DNA from: Geosiphon pyriformis uo1
Lineage: Eukaryota; Fungi; Glomeromycota
Assembly: GCA_016748015.1 (NCBI GenBank)
Contig: JAAOMT010000375.1
Span: forward strand, 64,946-128,945
DNA: 64,000 bases
Direction: 5' to 3'
Both the position numbers and the translations under genes were made by a program. Below are positions 12,701-23,749 of this stretch, one piece after another. Within the stretch, counting starts at the first letter, position 1. Each line of letters begins with the position of its first letter. A model generated the notes under the pieces. The model made no database searches and was not told the origin of the DNA. It saw only the letters and a program-made list of their open reading frames with translations.

Positions 12701-13601
12701 GTTTTCTGTTAGATTATACTTAACAGAAAGCACCAAATATTACAAATAATTATTTGAAATGTTAAAACAAATAAAAAATCCATAACTTGGTGCTCAATAG
12801 CTAAGAATGTTTGTAATTTCTGAAGGTTTTTGTGATTTAAAAATTTTGGTTGAGTTTTTTGTATAATAAACAGAAATTTAATTAATAGTTTCTTTTGTGA
12901 ATTTTTTTTTTTAGCATAGTGGCCAGTTTATTTTGGCAATTGTGCTCTTTTGGTAAGCTATCTTTAAATTTTTACCCTTGCTTCTGGGTTTTTTATTAGA
13001 CTATTTTTGATGTTAATTATTTAGTACTTAATTTCTTTAATTAATTAGTAAACAACAAAAAAACAAAATAAAATAAAATAAAATAAGAAAAAAAAATAAA
13101 AAATTAGTATTTTGTCAATAGCCATAATCAAAAGCTATTGGTTTAATGTGGTTAAGTTTTGAATTTTATTAACATAGAGTGTTAATAATAAAGAAGTGAT
13201 TAATATTCTTAATCACTTAATAATAATATAAATTTAACAATAATTAGATATTTTATTAATATTAATGTAATTCTACTTTAAATTATAGAAAACTATTTTT
13301 TAAAAAGAAAGATAGGATAAATAGTTATTGCTAGCTACTGTTCTGTTTGAGTTGAATATTTTTTTTGCTTTTAATATTCTTAATATATATACATAATTTA
13401 TATTATACAAGATTTTTTAAAACCCTGCAATTTTTTAAGAGAAATTCTAAAATTCTAGAATTCTGGAATTCTTCAAAAAAAATTCTATAATTCTGGAATC
13501 TTGCAATTTTTTAAAAAAAATTCTGGAATTTTTTTTTACTACACCTATTTCTAATTGGCTATTTTATTTATTATTATAATTCTTACTTTCTATAAATAAC
13601 A
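6725..13601 (-). mobile_element. Ty3/Gypsy family 1 element C, 5' part, more degenerate: LTR, gag, PR, Cys-rich region, dUTPase, RT, RNase H; cut by element B at the end of RNase H
   Basis: LTR 12738-13601 (TATTAC..ATAACA). Colinear with element B throughout. dUTPase about 8500-8920, PR about 10090-10360, RT with VVYLNN (YLDD) about 7460 and KCFFEKTELKFLGH (ORF 7166-7405), RNase H ending AKWKIKLSLFNY at about 6730. Confidence 0.92.
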
Positions 13602-14790
13602 GTGAATTTTATTGCCAGTTTTAAGTGAACAATTAATAACACAAGTTTTTTTATCAGTTCTTTCTAACAAAGTACTTAGATTATAAGCTGTTGTTTTTAC
13701 TGGCAAAGTAAACAAAAGTGTTCTAAAACAATTTCTTGACATTTAGACATTACAATCTTCTATAGTCTTTGTCATGTATACTGAATTTTTTCTAATTAGA
13801 AATAACAATCTTGCTGTTAATTGATTTGCTTGACTTGATTTGGTAAATTCTATCACAGCTTTTTGCCATAGCCCAATTAATTGTAATTAAATTAATACTA
13901 TCTTACCAAACTCAGCTATTGCAGTAACAATTATTTTTTTTAACATGTTTATAAGAATTTTTTTAATTATTACAGTTCAATCTGACTTAATTTTTTGTTT
14001 TTTAAGATTAATATTTACTTTGATTCTCTTTTTTAACCAATAATACAGTTTTTTCATGCTCTTTTCTGATGTAAATATAGATCTAATAATTTCTTCAAAT
14101 TTTAAAGAAGTAGTGACTTTTCCAAAACTATTGATTGCCAAAAATTTTTTTTAATGAGCTAAGTTTTTGCAGTTGCCAATTTTTCTTTTACAGCTAATAG
14201 ATTAATATCCAATACAAAAGATTTCTTAACAGTTATCTTAACTTGAGTTTTTACTATTTTAAGGTCAACCTATTTTTTGTCAAGAGAAATATTATAAAAA
14301 GAAAGAAGAAAACCTATATTTTTATTTATTCTTAAGTTAATTATACCAATAAAAAAGTTACTATTCAAATTTATATTAATTTTCTTAGCTTTGAAAGTTG
14401 TTGCAACTGAACCAAAAAAAAAACCACCACTTGAATCCACTATAGTATCACTAATCTTACTATTACTAAACTCACTATTTATGTCTAAATACATATCATT
14501 ATTAATACTAGATTTAACTAAAAAATTTTTTTTTATTTCCAAAATACTTAATATTGTCAACAGAGACCTTTTTTTTTAAGAGAAAATACTACTAACAAAA
14601 TTATGAAAAGCACTTTTAGAAGCCTTCTTTTTTGACATATTGCTACTTATAGCAGTCTCTAGATTTATTACAAAAGAATTATTAGCTTAAGAAATATTAA
14701 AAGTAATATAAGCAGAAAGATAAAAACAAAAACTTCTTTATTAAAAAATAGCTCTTTAGGAAATTTAAACATAGAAAAGAAAGAAATTTT
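13602..14790 (-). mobile_element. 5' end of a LINE (5' UTR plus degenerate ORF1 starting MSKKKAS at about 14638), interrupted by Gypsy element C
   Basis: The pyrimidine-rich 5' end resembles those of the other LINEs (ttctttc..aaattc..aaagag..aaagaagtttt). ORF1 remnants (KKFLAINSFGKVTTSLKFEEII, KKILINML..KFGKIV) match ORF1 at 16200-16600. Confidence 0.8.
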
Positions 14791-14829
14791 ATGTTTTTAT
14801 ATATGTAATATTAATATTTATATAAATAT

Positions 14830-14975
14830 ATAATATAGTTTTAGTTAACTTAAATAGTTAATTACATATAATAAATATATAAATTATATTTAGTTTTAAA
14901 TATTTAATTTGTTTATATATGCTAAATAGTAATTAAATTATATTTGTAAAAGTTAAATAAAATTAAAAAATTAAA
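14830..14975 (+). mobile_element. Solitary, heavily eroded LINE 3'-end module (5'-truncated insertion)
   Basis: Aligns by eye with 25790-25930 and 23246-23390, and is followed by an A-rich tail. Confidence 0.6.
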
Positions 14976-17900
14976 AAAATATGTTTTATTTTATCTTAAA
15001 AAACAATAAAATATTTAGTTATTAAAAATATTAATTATAAAAATAAAAACCAAGTTTTTAAATATTATATTTAAATAATTTAAAAATTAAACATAAATAT
15101 TACTTAATTATATTTTTAGTTTTATTAAAGTTTTAATAAGTTAATATACTGCTAAATTTAAAAAATATTATTTTATAATTATTAAATAAAAAAATTGGTT
15201 AATATTGATATTTTTTTATAAGTATATTTAAAATAAATTTAATTAATAATATATATTAAATAAATAATATAAAATTTAATTAAATATTTATTTAGAAACT
15301 AGTTTTAAAAGTTTTAAAATTGTTTACTAAATTAATTAAAATTGTTTTTATTGTATATTATAAAATACTTTTTTAATTATTGTAATAAATATAAATATAA
15401 TAATAAATAAAATAGATTTTAACTATTTATAAAAAATATTATTTTTATATTATATGTTTAAATAATAAATTAATAAATAATAAGAATAATTATTAAAATA
15501 AGTAATAAATAATAGAAAATTTAAAAATAAATTAAATTTTTAAAAATTTAATAAATATAATTAGTAAAATACTATCAAAAATTATAATCTTCTTTCTCTT
15601 TTTCATCCCAAATTTCTAAAAAAGAGTCAAAAAGTTTTTTGAAAGAAGTTTTTTTACTATTCAGTACAATAAATCAAAACCATTTTTGCTTGATTACAAG
15701 ACTATTGTTGGCTATAGTATTACTATTATAAAAAAAGCTATTAAAAATTCTGGTTTTGGTGCTAATGGCAGGGATATTGTTTTCAGAAAGAAGAGAAAAA
15801 GTGTTGTGCTGAAAGATAGTATTACTCATAATATAGCTTCTACTAAAGAAGTGGTTAGGAGTTTTTGGAATTCTAAAGTTAAAGATATAACTGAATTTAA
15901 TAGTGTTAACATAGAAAAAGAGTTTCTGGTAGAAAAAACCAGTATAGATTATGGTGAAAGAAATGTGTTCATTAAAGATAATTCTGGTTAGATACCAAAA
16001 GAACCAAAATTGATGACAAAAAAAGCTTTGGAAACACTATTGAGAAAGATAAATTTTTTGGTTGATGATAATGATAATGTTTTTTTAAATGCTCCTGTGG
16101 TCTTTTCTCTCTTTCTGAAAAATTTGGTTAATGTTTTAATTAAGAAGTTTTTTGCTATGAATATTAGACTAGATAAAATTGCTGGAAAATCATTTTAAGA
16201 GAAGCTAACAGTGGTCAGAAAAATGTTTTCTAAAATCAATGGTTTTGGAAGGGCTTTTACTTTCTTAAAATTTGCTGAGATTATTAAAACAACATTTACT
16301 TTTAAATTAAGCTTGGCACAAGCTTTTAAAATGGCAAAAATGACAAAAATTTTGGTTAATACTAATCTCAAAAAATCTGTTGGGCCTTCAAATTGGGCTG
16401 TGGTAATAAAAAAAATTCCAGTTGAAATATTGGCTGAAGCTGTACACACTGCACTATCTGAATTTAGTATAATTAAGTCAATCAAGATGCAATTAATAGG
16501 TCTCTAACAGAAAGCTGTAGTCAAATTTAAACAGATTGATTATGCTGATTTGGTTGCAACAAAATAGTCTATCCTTATTAAGAAAGATGTAATACATGTT
16601 GCTAAAATAGATTTGGACAAAAAAACATAAGATGTAAAAGATACTTACAAAGCACTTTTGTATATTTTACTAATAGGAACAAATATGCATGATATTTGGA
16701 ATTATATCAGCTTAGTAAATAAGAAAACCTGTGTTATCAACTGGCACCTAGTTATTTATGCTTGGACCAAGTGTGTAGTTATTTGTTTTGACTCTACAGC
16801 TTCTCTAAATGCTGTTATAAAAACTATGCTAGTATTATAGAATGCTAATCTACATTGGTCTTATTTGGGCTCTGCCAAATGTGCTAAATATAAGAAATTA
16901 GGTTATATATTATTGGACTGTGCTTCTGGTAGAAAAAATTCTCTTGGTGCTTCTTTTTATAAGATGCTATCTGAGGAGAATAAAAGCAAACTGGTTTCTA
17001 TCTATGTTAAGTATTCAATTTCAATTGCTTACTCTATTTCTTTTGGTGATGCTTCTTGGGCAAAGATTGTTGGTGGATCTTCTTTTCCTCTTCTATTTGC
17101 ATATAATAGTTTGGCTAATTCTGGTTTTTTTTCAGAAATAAAATCTTTTCTGTCTGTTGCTAATAAGTTGGAATTATGTTTGATCAATATTGAAAACAGT
17201 TTTGCCAATTTTGCAGAACAAATTGGTGAGTTGGCTAAGAGATTGGAGTTATTTATGCTGGCAGTTTTCCAGTCTAGCTCTGAATGTCAGCTGTTGGTAA
17301 CTCCCTTATTACAGGATCAAATAGGTAATATAGTGATAAGAAAGAGCTTGAATAAGATTACTAGTGGCAAAACTACTATGGTTTTAGACTCATCTGCCTC
17401 TTTTGAGGTTGTTAAATTAGAAAACATGTTGGAAAGTCTTTCTGCTTTAGTACTAAATCTGTCAGCATGCTTTAATAATTTGGTTTTGACTGGTGGTATG
17501 TTTCTTCTACTTTTTTTTCAATGAGTTGTTTAGTTTGGAAGATTGTCACATGTAATATTAAAGATATGAACAATCTTGCTAAGCAAGAGGATATTATCTA
17601 TTGGCATAAAAAAATGAACAATTTGGTCTCTATTGTTACTAAAACAAAATTGAAGGATAAAATTTGTTCATAGATTATGAATAAGTTTAATGGTGTTTAT
17701 GTATTTACTTCTGGTTTGAAGTCTGGTCACCTGGACTCTGATGTTGCTGTTATAATGAACATTGGTTTGGCAAAACATGTGTGCAAGATTTTGAAAGTTG
17801 CTGATAGACTCTTGTCTATCAAGCTGTTTTTCAGAAATAAGTTGTTCATTTTAATTCTGGCACTTTATGCTGGTGCTTCACTGGTTGTGCATTTGTCTCA

Positions 17901-18302
17901 AGTTAGGAAGGTCAACTTTTTAATTGCAAGAGCAGTGAATAAATCTTTTTTTGTTATCTTGGGTGGAGATTTCAATAAGAATAATTTATGTAGATGTGTT
18001 AGCTTCAAAAAATGTCTCAATTTGGAGGTGGTAAATTTTCTGTCAGAAAGTTTAGTTGTGAAAAGTTCTATATAGAAAAATTCAAGAAGTGCTGAAAAAA
18101 CAATAAACTATGTATTTATTTCTTCAAATTTGGTCAATACAATAATAAGTCATAATATTTTGGATGTTAGTGAGCATTTTAACACTAATTACCAAGCTGT
18201 TTTTGTGTTCATAAGTTTAGATGATCTGTTAGATATGCAATTGAATTTTCTTTACAAATAAGTTAATAGAGATTATTGAAAATTTGACATTAAGAATACT
18301 AG

Positions 18303-19347
18303 TGTTATGGGTAAACTTGGTAAGGTATAGTGGTAATATTTGGTGCTCTAATTTAGTATTCTAAGGTTATATGTTTTTCACAGGGTTGATGGTTATCAGT
18401 CTTTAAAGGTCTTTTCTGGATGTGAATTTACTTGTTGAGTTCTTTGGTTATAAGGCACAAAGTTTTGGTTTTTGCTAATTGCAACTTCTTATAATGGTGA
18501 ACTTTCTTCTTTGAACTAATGAGCGCAGTTATTAGGGTCTGATGTTGTATTTTTGCTCTTCTGGTAAGCTACCAAGATAATGTTAATATCCAAAACTTAG
18601 GGAGAGCTTCCCTCTTTTACCAGGCTATCACGAAGTCTATTTCAAGACAGTCAATTTTTTTATGTTGTTACTTCACAAGAGAAAAATAAAAAAAATAAAA
18701 AAAAATAAAAAAAAATAAAAAAATAAAAAAATAAAATAAATAAAATAAAAAATAAGTATCCTGTCAATAGCCATGATTAAGAGCTATTGTGCCAGCAGGT
18801 TAAGTAGTGAATAATAACATGGATTTGAAAAATTGAAGAGATATTTTATTAATATAATTCCATTTTAGTTAATAGCAATTATCCTTAAAAGGAAAAGTAT
18901 TTAATAATTATGACCTGTGAGTTTAATTGACTCTGAGAGTTTAATTGACTTTGAGAGTCTAATTGACTCCTAAAAGTCTAATTTTCTCTTTGGATGTCTT
19001 TTTAACTTCTATAGCTACTTATTTTTATACATTCTTTTTGTTTTACAGGATTGCTTTCAATTGCTTCACTATTGCTAGCTATTGTTTTATTATTGCTAGC
19101 TATTGCTTATTATTACTAGCTATTGCTTATTATTGCTAGCTATTGCTTGTTATTGCTAACTATTGCTTGTTATTGCTAGCTATTGCTCATTATTGTTAGC
19201 TATTGCTTATTATTGCTAGCTATTGCTTGTTATTGCTAGCTATTGCTCATATTTGTTCTGTGTTACCTCGAGTTGTACCACATTTTTCTTGTCACATTTC
19301 TTTGTCATGTTTTTCTATAGCTTTTTGGTTTTTCAACTTAAATAACA
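18303..19347 (-). mobile_element. Solo LTR of Gypsy family 1 with 4-bp TSD CTAG
   Basis: TGTTAT..ATAACA termini flanked by CTAG (18299-18302 and 19348-19351). Removing it restores the LINE frame KNTSKAEWYKF, matching KNASKIKWSEF in the other copy. Confidence 0.93.
19069..19230. repeat. Minisatellite, about 8 x 20 bp (tattgctagctattgcttat), inside the solo LTR
   Basis: Directly visible tandem array. A separate 18-bp triplet (gagtttaattgactctga) lies at about 18918-18975. Confidence 0.92.
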
Positions 19348-22300
19348 CTAGTAAAGCTGAGTGGTACAAGTTCAAAAAGTTTACAGCAGCTAATATAGTG
19401 ATGTTTTCTGATGAGTTTGTTGTGTCTAAAAAGTTTTCAGATCTGAATGCTATGTGGAATATTGTTTATAAGATGATGTGTTTTTCAGCAAATAAAGTTT
19501 TCAAGAAAAAATAGTTCAAAGATTATGATAATATTTTCACCAAGGAATCTTCTAAGTTTTATAAGTTGGAAATTTTGGTGTTAAGAATTGTCAAGTTTTT
19601 ACATAAGAGTGTTGACAATGCTTTTGAGTCTTTGATAAACTGCTGGGCATCTTTGGACATTAACAAAACTTTGTTTATTCATGCTTTATTGGATTCTGAT
19701 ATGAATATTAATTGTGTACATTTGGCTCTTTTTAATATGAGAAAATCATATTGTGTCTTCAAACTTGCTGAATCTTTGTAAGCTGAGGAATCAAGAATTA
19801 AGTTGGCTATTAATAAATGAATGGAGAGTTTTGCAATCAATAAAGGTCACACAATTAAGAATATACTGGAGCATTCTTTTTGGAAGATAGTTTTGGACTA
19901 TCTGGTTATTAAAAATGAACTGATTCTGAAACTTGAACTGGTTAAGGCCAAAGTAGATGTGATTATAAAAGGCTGGACTAGGATACATAAAGTGGTGATA
20001 GATTTCTCTAATAATTGGTTTTATCAATATCAGCTTTTGGAATATGTTTTTGATGATGTTTTTTTGAATGTAATGTGTTTAGTTAGTTTTAATGAGTTGT
20101 TTAGTGTAATTTTTAATCTGTTTAATGGCAAAAGTGCTGGTTTTTTTGAAGTCTCAAATAAGCTCTGAAAGCATTACAACAAATTGGTCTTAGATATGCT
20201 TTTGGTGCTTTTGAATTTTTGTTTGTTTTATAAATTGGTGTTTAATGCTTAGAAGAAAGCTTAAATCTTGATGATGCCCAAGCCATATAAATAGAAAAGT
20301 GTTCTTATGAATACTCAACTTATTGCTTTAATTGAGACTGCCTATAAAATTTTTTTCAAGATTCTTTCGAACAGGATTTTTTTGGCATGTAGCACTTTTG
20401 ATGTTCTATAAGAAAACAATTTCTAAGTTTTAAAGAGTACAACTACACAATTTCCCATTTTTGTCATTGGTTTAGTTATTGAAGATGTTTTAGAAAAAAA
20501 CAGTAAACTCTGACTGGTTTTGCAAAATATGCAAAAGGCTTATAATTCTGTTAAATGAGAGCATTTTAGGAAAAGCTTAATCAAAATAAAAATGTGTGGC
20601 AAGTTTATTAGATTTTTTGGTAGTATTTACAATAATTGTGTCAATAGGGTTATGACTAATTTTGGGTTAATGAATAAATATCAAGTACATAATAATTTGA
20701 ATTAAGAGAAAGTGTTTTTACTTTTTTTTTGACACATATTTTATGATTCTCTTTTGTGTGAAGTCAAGAAACAAGAAAGCATATGTGAATACAGATTGGA
20801 TTTTTACTTTATTGTTAAAACTGGTTACATGGAATCTTAGATTGAGTTGACATTTTTCTCACTGCTAGTGTATTTGTCAATGATACTATCTAAATTAGTA
20901 GCAATCAAACTACTACTTAACACATTTTTAGTATTGTTAGTGAGTTTTTTTGAATTAATAACATTTCTATAAATAATAACAAAACAGTGGTCATTTTCAT
21001 TAATTGTAGAATTGGAAGTTCTTTATTGTCAATCAATAGTTTGTCTATTTTTATTGCCAAAAGGGGAGAATCCCATTATTATTTAGGTATTTTTCTGTTT
21101 ACTGAAGAGTTGTTAAAGCCTAATCTGGCCAAAGCATATTCAGATATCTGGTTTTTTTTCAATCTTATTTTAAAGAAAGCCATTTTGGATAAACAGTTTT
21201 CTTATTTGGTATTAGTGGTTTTTTATCCTATTGTTAACTACTGAATACAGTTCAGCTTTGTGTTTATTCGTGTATATAATAAGTAGGATGTTTTGATTTG
21301 CAAAGGCCTGAAGTTGAAGACTAGTTTGTCTCTCAATTTTTCTAGTGACACATTCTACTATCCTTTTTTATATGGTCTTAAAACCTTTGAACAAGTTCAG
21401 ACTAAGGGCAAATTGGCTTCTATTGTGTGTTTTGCAAACTCTGGTGGGATCTTGGGTCAATTATTTTTACACAGATTTCATGACTTGTAAGCTCTGTATT
21501 AGTGTTCAGTTTATTCTTTAAGTTCTTTGGCTTGTATTAAAATCAGTCTATCTAATAACTTTTTGGCAGATGTGATTTGTGTTTTTCTTGAGTACAATTT
21601 GTCCTTGGGTGATCCAATAAGCAATTTTTTTTGTTTTTGAGATGGTACTTCCATGTTAACTGTTTTTGGTAAGTCTGGATTTTTTCTCTCATTTCAGTAG
21701 TATGGCATAATATTTGTTAAACAGCTTTACAGTTATAATAGTGCTATTTTTAATTAGAAAACCTTTAGACATTGGAAAAAATTAGACCCACGTAGTCTTG
21801 TTCCTAACTGGTTTAAGCTTTTTGTTAACTTTTTTAATAGTATAGCTTTTTCTCTTATCTGCTTCTTTTCTTTAAATATTGCTAATACTTTAAATGTTTT
21901 GGGGTCTTATAAGTTTGGGATTGTTTATGATAATTTGCTAGATGTTATAACTGACTGTTTTTCTGTTTATATAGATGAATCTCTAAAGGACTTGGGAAGT
22001 GCTAACATAAAGACTGGTGTGGCAGTTTTTTTTAAGAACATAAACTTGGGTTTAGGAGTTAGGATTTTCAGTTTGATGTCTTCTACTTTGGTGGAGTTCC
22101 AGGCTATTATATTGGCTCTTGAATGTGTTTTTTTTTTTAGCTTGGTTTGTATTATGATGGACAATTAGACTGCTTTGGATGCATGCAAATTAGAATTGGG
22201 TCTAAAGTATTCAGATTTTTGAAATTAATATTGGATTAAGCATCAGCATATTATTAACATTGTTTGGAAAAAGAATTTAAGTGTTAGCTGGCACAAAGTA

Positions 22301-23749
22301 AAGAGTTATTTAGGTATCTTGGGTAATATATATACTAATACACTTGCTAATGCTGCTTTTTTTTCTTCTTGGTATTTTTTCTCCTAATTGAAGAAGCATT
22401 ACATATTGGCCAAAGATGATATTATTTCTAATAGTTCTAAATATTTTGTTTATGAAATCTTTCAGTTTATTTATTATGTATATTGGGAAGTTGGTTTTGG
22501 TTCTAAAGTCTTGAATAATAGTTTGTTTTTGAATATTAATTGGCTTAGCTTATTCTTGATGTGGCATCTCAATTTACATATGACTGCTGGTTTTACTAGT
22601 AAGCTTATTGCTAATACTTACACATATTTTATAAAAGCTTTGCATTATTAGCTGTTAGTTATTGTTTGGAAGTGCCTATATAATAAGTGTTATCCCAATG
22701 TATTATGTTTGTATTGTAATAATATTAAAGTTTTAGATCATGCTTCTTTTTGTATGGTTGATGTTTTTGCTTATTATTAATTGTTGGATGCCCATACAGC
22801 TGGTTGGAGTGTAATTTCTGGTCTTTTTTGTTTCTTTTTATGTGTATCTTAATTGTTGTTTTTCTGTGTTTTAAATATTGTAGTATGTATGACTTTTTGT
22901 AAGAGTTTTGTCTTTAGAGATTGGTTTCGAGAGACTGCATCTGTCTTTAAAGATTCCAAGATTGTAAAACAAAAGGTTGTAAACTTTGTGTATAATTTCT
23001 GTCTTGCTTTTAGAGATGATATTTGGTTAATTTATGTTAAACATTATGCTTTTATAGAAAGAAATAGGCTGATACTAAGTAATAGTTTGGCTTCAGTTTT
23101 AGTTTTTGGGCTGTCTTTAATGTTATCTGTTAAAGTGGTTAAATTGCTTGGTATTGCTAAAGCATTTGGGGCTAGTTTTGGATTTTGTAAATCTTGTTTA
23201 TTTTTTTTAGGTATTAAAGATTCAGTTTTGGTGTATATAGGTGCTTAGTGTTGTTTTAATTGGCTTAAATGACTGATTATGTATAAAAAATACATAATTC
23301 ACACCTAGTTTAGATTAATTATTTGATGTATTGTATTAGACAGTATTTAAGCCTTACTCATTAAATAAATAAAATAAATAAATAAATAATAATAATTGGT
23401 TTTAAAATTAAAATTATTTATTAAAAAATAATATTAATATTAATATTTTATGTTTTATTTAATAAATTTTAAATTTAATTATAAATATTATTATGTTTTT
23501 TAATTATGTTTTTATTTATTAAATTATAAAAACAGACAAATAATTTTTTAAATAATTTTAACAATACAAAATATATAAATATTAATAAATAATTTACATT
23601 ATAAAAAAAAATTAAACTTTAATTACTTAATTACTTTAGTTATTTATTTGTTTTATTTGTTTAATTACTTAATTAAAAAGAAAATAAAACTTTTTGTTTT
23701 CTTAATTTTATAATTATAATCAAAGTAAAAAGTAAAAAAGCTATAATTA

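Larger units (their letters stand above)
15588..23395 (+). mobile_element. Full-length degenerate L1-like LINE: ORF1 (RRM + CCHC), ORF2 (APE endonuclease, RT, RNase H, Zn finger); contains a solo LTR
   Basis: ORF1 about 15730-17524. ORF2 runs from ATG 17521 (VWKIVTCN, ILGGDFN) to TAG 23248, with RT motifs about 20280-21100 and RNase H SVYIDES about 21965. Colinear with the copy at 50690-57432. A-rich tail at about 23360-23395. Confidence 0.93.

Noticed and set aside
1-13601. Tandem array of complete elements sharing LTRs
   Set aside because: Each internal region is cut mid-domain with no integrase or PPT before the next LTR, and the LTRs are too different from one another. Nesting fits better.
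14980-15580. Near-pure AT tracts (also 23400-23740, 57440-58000) as centromere, origin or organellar insert
   Set aside because: No periodicity or recognisable genes. Most simply terminally eroded repeats.
15686-23248. Dozens of short ORFs with stops as evidence of an alternative genetic code or readthrough
   Set aside because: All three stop types occur at different positions in homologous copies, together with frameshifts, and host genes use the standard code. These are pseudogenised TEs.
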